In this document: positions 52,601 through 64,000 of the stretch, piece after piece
How the letters are laid out: each line of letters opens with the position of its first letter
Numbering within the stretch: position 1 is the first letter of the stretch
Origin: Yuukianura sp. NJ FZ-2021
Taxonomy: Eukaryota
Direction of reading: 5' to 3'
Assembly (NCBI GenBank): GCA_046563655.1
Contig: CM102290.1
Coordinates: 4,836,001-4,900,000 of the forward strand
Length of the DNA stretch: 64,000 bases
Notes under the pieces: model-generated
What the model saw: only the letters and a program-made list of their open reading frames with translations
Told to the model about the DNA's origin: nothing
The model's database searches: none
Made by a program: the position numbers and the translations under genes

Positions 52601-55600
52601 GTATCCAACATGCAATTTACTTATACAAACCATATGGAGGGCATATGCAGACTAGATTAGTGGCAGAATGGTCAAATTACACAGCACCTCTCAACCATAG
52701 ACCAAATATGAAATATATTAAAGCCTTTTTTCCGTCTTCTTATAAGTCGCCAGGAAAAGTAACGTAGTCCAGGAGCACAAGTAACAAAGGGAGCTTAGGT
52801 TTTAGGAAGGAGTTGCAGCACTAGTAGCAGATAGACTACTTATTCTATGACTTACTCTTCTAATTAAACTAAACTAGACTTTGTGAGTTAAGGTTCAGCC
52901 AACTGGAATAACAAATAATGAGATTGTAGCTCAAAGGACTCTCCACAAAGGGGTTAGCCCCTTCCTCAAATGGTTCCAGAGGTTTACGACCTCCATAGAC
53001 CTTCAAACCACACACATACACAGACAGAACTTTGCGCACCACAACCAGAACACACTTCCGCAGCATTGTAGCGAGATATTCTACCCATTACCACCACCAC
53101 CAAAGTCAATCAAGAAGAGTTTCATTAACTAAAATCGGTTAGGCTCTAAATCAGAGAAAATCCCGTTGAGCAGTTCCCACGGAGGGCACGTCAACAAAAC
53201 TCTTCCATCAACCCTGATTGATGGATCTCCTTCCGTTCGTGGTAATGGCAGAAGCCTCTCGTTGGAATCTGGGCACTTGTACTTTAGGCAAACCTAGCGT
53301 GGGTTAGGAGAAAGCACTCCTGGGAAGTGTGAAAGTCCGTTTCTGTGTCCTTTAACGTATGTCTACTAACTCATTACACTAGTCAAGAGATCTAAAACAC
53401 TAACGTAATAGAACACTCATGCTTAACGTCTCCAAAGAGTCAACTGATGCGTTAAGACTATAGTCCATCTAGTAATTACCTCTCCACTACTGTAATTACC
53501 TACACTAGACATCTCTCTGTACAACTAAATAGCTCATCACCATTTTCCCAAAAGTACTACGGCTCATTTGGTTAATTTCTAGTGATGGGTGCTATCACTG
53601 CAGAGTAAATGTAAGTTACTACAATCTAAAGACAAAAAAAGTAGTCAATAATTCTGTTTTGACATGACAGACAGAGACAACAACACAAAAACTAGGCCCA
53701 TGAACTTTTGGGCTAAAACAAAAGTTGAAAGGAAGAAAGTACGAGTGAAAGTAGTCTGAACCATTAACTCAAAGTATTAAAATACGGGTCGAGACACCAC
53801 TTTGGACTCTAACCACAAAAAGACACTATGTAGAGAAAACCCAAACGATGGCATAGAAATCAATAATAAAAGAATTACATTGGTTGATGGTTTTCATGGC
53901 TTTGGAACAGAGTTGAGAGACAGGGAACAAAAGGAGGGAAAGGGAAGACTGTGTGCGGTTCTTTTTAAATGAAACAACGAACCACCAACCACCAACCTCA
54001 GTTGGAGAAATCAAAGCTTTCTCCACTGCGGATAACGTTTCCTCCTTTGCCAAAGGAACGAGCGGGAAAAGAAGAAGAAAAAAGCGCTAAATTCATTTGA
54101 TGATGGAGAATGGAGTTAAGTTGGAACAAAAGGACTCTGGTGGATTTAGAAGGAAAGGAGAAAAACCCAGCTAAAAAGCCTAGAAATCAAAGTGGTAATC
54201 TAGGTTAACTTCTCTCCACTACAGAACTAACCCACTGATTAAACTTCACAAAAGAAAGACAAAAGGACTTCAATACACTCCACATCTAACCAACCAACTA
54301 AAACTCCAAACTCCCTTTTACCCACACAACTAAAGTTGTTACGCTAAGGGTTAAACAATTAATAACTCAACTAACATCCTCCAGTAACTTTCACTTTGAT
54401 TTACAGCAAAAAAAAAAGTTTCTGCTCAAGAGGAAAATTTCTCGGTTCATTAGTCACAAAATTAAGTGAAAAACTAAAGTCCTAAGTCATCAACTAAAGA
54501 CTACGCAGTTAGGCGGTTAAAAATAAATCAAGGGGTCAACATAGTCTAGTACTGACTCCAAGTTAAAAGAATATTTGAACAAATGACGATTTGAAATTAC
54601 CTAAAAGTTCTTATTTTGTGAAGAAGTGAAGAGGGGCAAGAGGTAGAGTGGGCTCGAGCGAAACGTTGAGTTCCACAATCCCGGAAATCCTTCCATGTTG
54701 AGAGCAAAGACATGAGAAGTAAAAGTGGTCAGTGGACGTAGGTTGGCCAGTAGAGGAAAAAAAAGTCGTAAGGAAGAAGTTAACCTCGTAAAACTGGAGT
54801 CTACAGGAGTAGTGGCCGCAGAGACGTCCAGAAAGTAAAAGTTGTGAAGACAATGGAGGACCACGAATACAAAGTCCAGAGTACTTATATCGAAAGGTAA
54901 TAACAATGGGAACCGCCTAACTTCTCGCACAACGTCCACAACCGTCCCAATTTCTATTCTATCCACCATTCTCAAACTTTTCAGAATAATACACCGTCGG
55001 AATTTTGATTGGTTTATTTAGAGTAATTTTGTGTTTTACTCTCATCACAAACGGAGTAGCTTAGAGTAAGAGAACATAGGGAAAGTCCCTTTCCCTGGAT
55101 CATATTAAACAATCCTTATATAACGGTTACACAATTAATTGCCTCACACTTATAATTCATTTCTGAATCCATTTTAACTCTTCACTACCTCATGAGTCCT
55201 TTCCACAAGAGGACACAAGTCCCTTCTGCTTCAAAACGCAGCAACAACGCTACAAATGGCCTCGAACGGGAACCTTTGGTATTTAATTCCTCTCCTCCAA
55301 CCTCTTTCATTTCAGATGAAACAGAATCAAAACCACAGAATGTTCAAAGACCAAGGAGGCGATGTTTTAGACTACAGAAAAGAGAAAGAGAAAGTTATGT
55401 TCGGCTACAGTCGAACTATGCTGTACAATCAGGGATTGAGTGTTATAAGAGTGAAAAGAGGCTGAGGAAAAACAGTCTTTGTTCCAAAGCCCATTCTGCT
55501 CACAGTTCCAGTGGGAAGTGGAGTCCGGAAATGGAAAGAACCCGCCTCCCTTTCTATTCCATTAACAATGAGTAATAGTTCCAAATTCAAAAGTTAGTTA

Positions 55601-58600
55601 GGTATGAAAATGATAGTGAGTCAATGGGAGGAATATTTATTAGGATGGTCTTACGCAAGAGAAAGCCAACTTTAGGGAAAGTCACAGGAGAAGAATTATT
55701 CCAAAGGCTCTTTTAGACCATTGAAGCACAAAGGACTTCTCTTCCTTTTGTTTTTCCTTTCTCCTAACTATTCCACAAAAACTACAGAAACAACTTGGTT
55801 AGTTGAGAAGCAACTGAATACTATGTGAACCTAATACAATAAATACAGGGGATTCCGGATTGAATAGTAAAATATAACTTTCATTTTCAAAATTGTCAAG
55901 GGGAGGAGGTTCTCGGACCACAAATGTCCACATAAAGTCTGCATAATTTTTCAACTCAATTTCCTCCCACTGCTAAATCCATTTCTTGTGACCTTTGACC
56001 TCACGCTAACTTCATTCACACCTTTTAACAAAAATCATAACAGGAGAAGGCTAATACTTACTTAGCAACAAACTCAACAACTTGACAGATCTAAGAAGAC
56101 ATCTTACAAGCCTGAGCATAATTACTCAACATTCGAGTACATACCTTATATATTCTAACTTATTTGTTCAACTTCAATTAAATATCTTAAAATATTATTG
56201 CATGTCGTAATTATTATTTTTAATTATATAATAGCACCCATCAGTAGAAGTGGCAGAATGAGCAATATGGAAAGAACTAAAGCTCAATTCCAAAACTCCC
56301 ATTTTCCCAAATAAACTGGCCCTTCTACCTAAAAACTCGTAGCCCAAATTCCCCTTTTCTGCAATTCTAACAGGAAAGAGTCCTAGAAATAGTCCGATTA
56401 TTGATTTCTAGTAAAAAACTGCTTTCTCTCCCACTATTCCCTTCATTTCCAAGGAGGCTGATTTTTAAGACCTACGTTAGACTACACACAGAGCACTTCA
56501 ATAAGTACTCACTTCTTATTAAGTGAAGAACCATAGTTATAACTACAAACAGCCTCCCTTCAACTACAAACAACTTCCGCTTCAGCCTACTTTCTCTAAC
56601 TCTTATAATCAAGTAGAGAAACACTTTAACATGTTACAGGAAGACACCAACTGCCAATACATCTATATTAGACGAATCTACCAATCAAATAACGACTTTA
56701 TACTTCCCTTGGGAGATTGGAGATTTTTGCCTTAGGTTACGTTTTCAACTTTTCCTGTTTTTAAAACCAATTCTAAACAAACCTAAGTTAAACCACTCCT
56801 CTTCATAAAAACGGCCCAAATATATCCGTAACTTTGGAATCGCACTTTAAAGTATGAAATTATATAATAAGTTTAATTGTTTTTAGATATTTTACGTTAA
56901 TCACACTTCTCCATTTCAATTTCTTTCTGTTTTAAGTTTAAACCTTTTTTGCCTCACTGGATTTGAACAAATTGAGAAAGCACTTTCGTCAATGTCTCTC
57001 TCTCTCTTTCCATGGATTGAATTCCAAAAAAAAAAACTTTTAAAACGGCGCCGCTTTTCCCCCGTCCCAAAGATATGCGAATCCACGTCGACAATCGATT
57101 TAACTTCCGCCAGTTCCAGGAGCCATATAAACTTAAAATTTAGCAATTTAAATGCAACTTGATATTTATCATTGTTAATGATATTTTCCTTTGCGAAAAA
57201 TCGTTAATTCAAACAGTAAAAAACATTTTTAGGCACGGTTTGCCTTTTTAGAGTAAATTGAGTTCGTCTACATTTGCGTTATGGAAATTTAAAGCGTCTT
57301 AGGTTTTGCAAGTTCGATTGCTTTGCTACAAGACGTCAAAACTTTTTTGGCAGCGGTTGGGCGTAGATTTGATTTTGAAGTTAGCAATTTTGTAAACTCA
57401 AATAATTGATTCAAAGTACACAGTATTAGGAGAATTGACGTATTTGATCTCATCATCGCCTTTCCCTTGTCCCCCATTAGCATTTTGCTTTGATTAATGA
57501 CACGAATTGGATAATATGAAGGTAGACGGGTTAATACGAGGTCAATCCTCCGTTGTTCGACCAACGTCAAAAACTTTCTCCCTACTCAGCATGTATTAAG
57601 TCATTTCCATTTTGGCAGCATCATATCGGATTTGTACTGCCAAGGTTAGGTTAGGTTAGTTATGTTTTACGTCACATTAACTTCACATTGTCCAGGGAAA
57701 AAGTCAATCAAAGGCCTAACCTTGACCCAAAATAGGATCGCTGTCAGAGTAACCGCCGAACCTTTCGCAAGTCTTCGAGAAACACATAACCTACCGCAAA
57801 TTAAAAAGTTCATATTGACGGTGGAGTGGAAGTTTGTGATCCTAGGGATTGACACATTTTGGTGAGTTAAATTGGGTTAGGCAATCCATTACTCTTGCTG
57901 AGTCCAGGCGTCTCATTAACTTTGTATGAGCCGGGAATGGTTGAAATGAAGAAATAAATTAAGAGGTGGGAATTGATAGTGACAAGTGGAGAGAAGGGAG
58001 ATGCTTGGGAAAAAGGCAGTCCTTAGAACATGGGTTGTCAATATGGGGGCTGAATTATTCATGGCCTCCGCTCTTCGGACATCGTCTTCCACCCCACTTG
58101 GAATCAGGACAACTCCATTATGGACAGGAGGGAATGAGAAACAAGACGCAAACTTATCATCCGCATGAATACGCTCCTCTAAATATTAGAATACGCCTGT
58201 CAACCTTCCAAACGGGGTCTCATCCCAACCTCATCTTTGGCACGAACAAAACGTAGCACTTCTTTTCAAAAGAAGCGGAAAGAACCAAAAATCCAGACGA
58301 CTCAGCAGTTGAGCCAGAGAAGGAGAAAGATTAGAAAGTGGATGAATAAGGGAAAGTGTTCCAAATTTGAGTCCCTGTGTGTACAAATTCTGCGGTTCCA
58401 TCCATCCAACATTTAGATTTCCCCGCGAGAGAGAAAGAGCTGTTAATCTTAATCCCCAGCCTCAGAACACTCTAAAGTGTTGAGGAGTGACTCAAAGGAC
58501 GTAGGAAAGCTAGGTTATTGATTCGAGACACTTTTCCAAGGAAACTACGACATGACCTCAACTTTGGGGTGAAAGCGGTCCATAGTCATCTATTCAACTT

Positions 58601-61106
58601 TCCTCCTGTCTCTTCTTTAGTTTAACCAACTTTGAACTTTAGCGGGAGAAAGAAAAACAAGGAAAAGTCCAAAGACGCATTTTCACCTTGAACAGAAATG
58701 TCAGAGACTTAACCACCACAATTTACTTTCATTCACACAACCATCCAGCACTCTCTTCCGACAATCTCTCCGAACCAACTTCCCATTCCTCTGTTCAAAA
58801 TTATAATAAACAACCAAAGTTCCTATTACTTAAGGTTTCACAGACGAAAAACAAGAGCTACAAAGTTCCAAAATCCATTCCAAACTCTAAACCACCAAAT
58901 TCCTCATCTTTTCCATCTCTCCAAATCTCACGTCTACTGTCCAAATTACTTCCCAACTCAAAAATTTCATCCTCTGCTTTCAGCAACTGACAAAATCACT
59001 TTCTAATTAAAACCCCCTTTTGTTGAACTTTTGTGGATAAATTAAAACAACAGCACCTAAAATTCAACAAAACTTTCTCCAAAAAAAGTTTGTTTTTCGC
59101 AATATTCGCGTCTAAAAATTTCGACTTCAAGTAGTACAAGAACCTCAAGATTGACATGTTTTCTAAACTTTTCACTTTCTGAAACCAAAATTTTGTTGCA
59201 ACATGCTGTCAAATTGGATCCAGAGGTTAGGCTTGCTTTCACCCGTTCTACAAACTTCACAATCTTAATTTGTCTTGAGTTTATTCACACAACTTTTGAC
59301 GGGAAAATTTGTACAAGTAGAGTTCCAACTTCCACAACATTCAAAAGACCTCCTTGGGGAAAAATATAGAAGTTTAGTGTAGATGGATATCATATACTAG
59401 GAAATAAGTGAACCAAATAAAGTGCAGATCCACAATCCATTTAGCCCTCGTTTTAGATTCAATCCTATTAGGAAAGCAGGCTCCAAGAACAGCATATGCT
59501 CACCCCATTCTCCTCATGTTTATTTCTCTTTCTCTCCACACTCCATGACTTTCTCCGCCAGATCTCAGTTAGCTAGATTTGTTAGGCTATTCGACATGGT
59601 CTACCTTAGGGGGACCCCTTCTAAGAACTACCATAGCAACACCTTCGTCTCGAATTCAGACACTGGATCTCAATGATGATGAGGCCTAGCTCTTAGCCCT
59701 ACCATCTCTTCCCGCTCTCTGTTCTGCATCAAAAGGAAAAACCTTTCAATTAATGGACTCTCAAGATAGGATTCTGCCATTCAGCTTCCCATTCGCAAGA
59801 ATTCTCCATTCTGTAGCATCCTTTTCACTCAACTATCCGAATCCTGTCTCGCAACTTCCCATTCATTCACGCTCTCTCTACTTTTTTCTCTCGTAGAATC
59901 AAGCGGGAAACGAAACGTTCCATACCGGTTTTTCGGATACTAATGATTCGTGACAACATTGAACTCCAAACGTTTTCAACGATTCCTCTCCTCCTGTCCT
60001 ACCAGCATCCACCTCCTTTCGTCCGTGAATTAAGAACCAAATAATTGATTCTCCAAAGACGAAGACACAAGTTTCTTCCGATGAGTCAGAAACCGACATG
60101 CAAGAAGCTTTCCCGCGCTCATCTCAGCCCATCTCGTCCATTTATTATTTCGCCTCAACCTGCTTCCTATTTACCACTGTCGGCTCAAACCCAATCCTAT
60201 TTATTTCTGCACTCCACTTTCTGCCGTTCCACTTTCCAAATCCGTTCAAACTCACTCCAAAATGCACAAGTGAGTCCAAACCCCACCTTGACACGCAAAT
60301 GAACAAAGGCAGGAAGTGAGCAGCAGCGCCAAAACCATTCCATACGCGATACAAACTTTAATCTTGGGAATAAGGCTAAAACTCAAAATCTTCCGGAGCC
60401 TTACGAACCAAATCAAGGAAAAGTGAGTTAGCAAGTATCTCACATAATTGCCCAACATCACACCGGAGATAAAAGGAGCCATAAGGAAAAAACCATAAGA
60501 GAAAATAGATTTTGTCAATAGGTTTAAGGTTAACTTATTGGCGTAAGATGCATTTCTAGCAGGCAGTGAAAAGCGCGCGCTTTTAGCAGCCCAGAGAAAG
60601 AGAGTGAGGAAGATATGAGGCGAAGGTGCTTTCTCTCGTCAAGTGATCTCTCCAGTTTCCCACTTTTTGTAGAATCCCTATCAGTCCATAACCGTAACCA
60701 TAACCCTAGTCGTCATTCATCACTACCGTGCGCAGTAATATTCGGAGCTTATGAGGACGTAAAAAAAATTAAGTCCATAATATCGATGGAGAAGCCTTTT
60801 CTTATTTCTTGTGGGCCAACACATAGCCCGGTCCATGAGACACGAAGGAGAAAGTGAGTCTGTTCGTAAGTTTTAGCTGCAGACTGTGCTTTTTGCATGA
60901 CATGTTTGTTACATGACCCAACTAAGGTCATGTACTTGCACAGTTTTAGGTCATGTAGTTGCACAGTATTTACAGTTTCATGGAGTAGAGGCAGTCGAGA
61001 GGGTAAGGTAGACATAAATGAGTACCTGTGGGATATGGCAGCCCAAATCCAGCATAGCCACTGTAGCCACGTCCAGTTGCATAGGCAGCGTAGGCTGCTG
61101 GAAAAC
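49679..61106 (-). CDS. Rbp6: Musashi-family RNA-binding protein (Rbp6/MSI type), 3' coding exons only; RRM exons lie beyond the right edge
   Basis: Exons (minus): 61106-61026 (GFPAAYAAYATGRGYSGYAGFGLPYPT), 52104-51974 (GFPNYGYFP...AAVAAASGYYDYSAAQ), 51724-51649, 50770-50708, 50457-50276 (GFGPPTSPSNRGFPTPNSPGPLELYGGSDQLGSYVQATSPQPSGF), 49720-49679 (GPLIPAAFTNGYH*). All GT-AG, phases chain correctly. NSPGP..LY, SPQP and the terminal GPLI..AFTNGYH are Musashi C-terminal hallmarks. Confidence 0.93.
51388..51450. repeat. Imperfect (GA)n microsatellite in a Musashi intron
   Basis: Read directly. Confidence 0.85.
55989..56001. promoter_or_regulatory. Perfect DR1-type element TGACCTTTGACCT in a Musashi intron
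   Basis: Exact match; identical to 5179-5191. Confidence 0.3.
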
Positions 61107-64000
61107 CTGGAAAATACAAAACACAAATCTGTTAACACCGAATCACATCAGGAGAATCTACGGTCTAAAATATTGTAATGTTTCTACAAGCTCAGCAGCC
61201 ATAACTCCTCCGAAGACTATCAAGGTTTTAAATAAAAAAAGGCAATGGAGAAAGGACGCTGGGATTCGAACGACAAGACAATAGGAGAGAAAACGATGCA
61301 CAAAATTAATAAATTAACCCACCACAAAAGCACCCACCCACCAACAACAACTTATAAATCCCAAAACACTGGAAATTGCCAACAAAAGAAACTATAATTC
61401 CGAGAACCAAATCAACTGAATAAGTTTTACACTACCGCAACATTCAATCTAACAACTTTGAAGCCTACTTTAAGTAAAAAACGTAAATCTGTTTCTTCAT
61501 TAAACCCTAAACTACAAATCAAAATTAAAAAACGTGTTTTCGTAGTTAATCATCATTACTTCCAAATTGTCATGGGTTTACACCGTAAGTTGGAACCCCT
61601 CGACACTTTCTGTCTCCTTTTCCATCAGTTATAAATTAAAAAGTTCCTGTCTTTGTTACTAAACTTTAGTTTCAACCAATCTTTGACTTTCGGGAACTCT
61701 TAATAAATCCTAGGTGACAATTTGGCTTAGAGTCAACAAAAAGGTGTCAAGAACAATTTGGAAAAGAAATGATGAATTACAGGTCCAGGAATAATTCACA
61801 AAAGCCCAAAGAACTTCTTGGATCTCCTTATGTTTTCAACAGATCCAAAAGTTCAAAAACTAAAATCACATGCTTATTCCGGCAGAAGCTTTGGCAATAA
61901 CGGAGAAAAAAATGTTAAAAAGTTTTTAGGGAAAAGTAATGCGGAGAAAGTCCGCTACTCTTTGTCCAAACACCAACCACTCTCTTCGTAGAGACCAAAA
62001 AATATGCACACAACAACAACAACGAAAAACAAGGGAAAGTGTAAATTAAGAACACAACTTTCAAGTTATCTTTTTTTAAAAAACAGAGCTCAAAAAAGTA
62101 CTTTGCACAGGCAGTTAATAAATCCTCCACCACTACCGCCACCATCAGCAAAAAAAAAGGAAATCCAAACAAAAAATTCTAATTTCTAAAAAAAAACAGA
62201 CGGTAGGCTTAGAAGCCGGTAGAACCGAAAACACAAAAAACTCTCAATATTTCAAATCCTTTGCCCAATCTTTCACTTTCTCCATTTCCGCCTCCCTCAA
62301 GGCAGAGTTGAAAAAAATACAACGTAAAAAAACGTAATTTAGTCGTAAAGAAACCTTCAAGAAAAAAAAAGTGTAAACTGAATAACCATGAGCATTTCCA
62401 TAAAAAAAAAGAATTCACCAACTTTTTCTCTCCAGTTCAAAGTTGGTCACAAGGTAGGCAGTGAAAGTGAAAGTTGGCATTCTCTAGTTGCGGCGGGAAA
62501 TTTGATATTGAGCGTGTTTTGCTTAGTTTTAGTAACTACTCCACCGTTCGACTTTCCTCTGCTTGCTCTAGCACTTATTGGATTGCAGCAAGAACTTTGC
62601 TGTGGTTCTTGTCTCAGTTGTAGGCAGAAGGGCCGAGAGTCTAATAGTCAATTCTATGCTTTTAATGAGTGAGTGTTTTTGTAGGGCTTGCTTAAGGGAG
62701 AGAAGCTTAAGGTGAAAGTTGCTCTTCCTTCTATTCACTCTCAACCAAACTTTGTAATTGGATCAAAGCTTTGTTCAAATTAAGTTCATTTGTAGGAAAC
62801 ACCTTAACTGCAAGTACAAAAACACAAGACACGGCACTTCTGCCACACTCCTCCACAACTTCCGACCACAACCCACTTCCTATTTCTAAAAAAATGAAAA
62901 GTTCTAAATCACTACAAAAATCGTCTGCTCTTCTACTTTCTAGTCTACAGAATCAGAGTAAAAGTTAACATACCGTCAGGCAACGCTCCCAAAGACCACA
63001 TTAAATCTATAACAATTCGAGCGGCACAAAAGAAAAAAGAGACAATATAGAATCCCAGTCACAGATTTTTTGCGCAAGTCTCCAACAAAACCGTCAACTC
63101 AATTTTCATGGGTTATTTGATGCGAGTGTGTGGACTTGGATTGCTGACATCATCAGAAGGCAACACTGTTAATCGCTGCTCCTAAAATACACTCTCTACG
63201 TACTACAAACTACTCTAAAAACTAGTTTTTTTTAAAAAAAAAAACAAACACGTTTCCAAAGTTCTAGTTTAAAATATACTAATATGCAATGTATAACTAA
63301 GTTAAAACATTTGGAACTTAAAAATTCACACTTTCCTTTTCTAAAATCAAAAACTAGCAGAGTAGTATAATATAAAATCCAGGACAATTTTTTGTCTATA
63401 TACATTGGAATGAGGTGAGGAGTGGAATTGGATTTTGGGAAATTGAAACTAAGGAAAAACTAAAACTAAATGAAGATGATTTCTGTTCACCCAGTGAAAG
63501 TGAAATTCATCTGTCTACGCACTGCCATGTTCAACACTGCACTCCACTACCTCTAGGCCAAATAGTAGCATAAATTTCTAACTCTGTTCCTACAAATCGA
63601 ATTTAACTAAATAGCATCTACCTCACTAAAATCTACACTCAAACCATACCTTCCAAATTATACTTTCAAGTCACTGCCAATTTTCAACGCCACGGGTGTC
63701 AAAACTATCAGAAGAGGAGGATGAACATCGCCAAAAAATGTTCAAGCGAGAGAGAAAAAGGAAGAAGGCATTTTTTTATATCGTTATATTGAGAGCTGCT
63801 GCGTTCTCTACACGGAAAATTTATCGTTGTCATCCACGTTCTAAAAAAAAAGACAAGACAAGTTTCGGAACAGATTTTTTTGATTATTTTCTATTGAAAG
63901 AGCTGGAAGGAAGGGAGGAGACCTTTCATTTCTCTTCTGTTTTTGCTTTCTACTGTCAAAACTTTGTTGTTCGAAGACGGTCTGACATTAGATCAGGTCA

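Noticed and set aside
52105..64000. Intronic miRNA (e.g. miR-1000-like) or RRM exons of Musashi
   Set aside because: No mature miRNA sequence or RNP1/RNP2-coding exon recognised by eye; a formal scan is needed to exclude them.
1..64000. Prokaryotic features (operons, CRISPR arrays) and rRNA/tRNA genes
   Set aside because: Spliceosomal gene structure throughout; no repeat-spacer array or structural RNA recognised. Most short ORFs in the track are chance or exon read-through.

Overview
Eukaryotic (animal, arthropod-like) genomic DNA: AT-rich, GT-AG introns mostly 60-150 nt, TCAGTY initiators. The first 18 kb are gene-dense. They hold candidate first exons of a minus-strand gene running off the left edge, a complete ANAPC7/APC7 gene with 11 coding exons (minus, 5627-8581) and a complete DNTTIP1 gene (plus, 13869-17474) arranged head-to-head with APC7. 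Between these two sits the most notable object: a 3.3-kb non-autonomous Mutator-like DNA element (8888-12198; near-perfect TIRs with internal ~29-30-bp repeats, perfect 9-bp TSD GCACACACA, no recognisable transposase). It carries an intron-containing chimeric gene, now decayed, in which the N-terminal half of ubiquitin E1 UBA1 is fused to unrelated exons - a Pack-MULE-like element in an animal. A 104-bp retro-type insertion is nested in that cargo, and a second 0.94-kb TA-flanked DNA element expands one DNTTIP1 intron. From ~18.4 to 49.2 kb nothing recognisably coding is present. The right part holds six 3' coding exons of a minus-strand Musashi-family (Rbp6/MSI) gene (49679-61106), whose RRM exons must lie beyond the right edge. 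All homology calls come from reading translations by eye, not from database searches.
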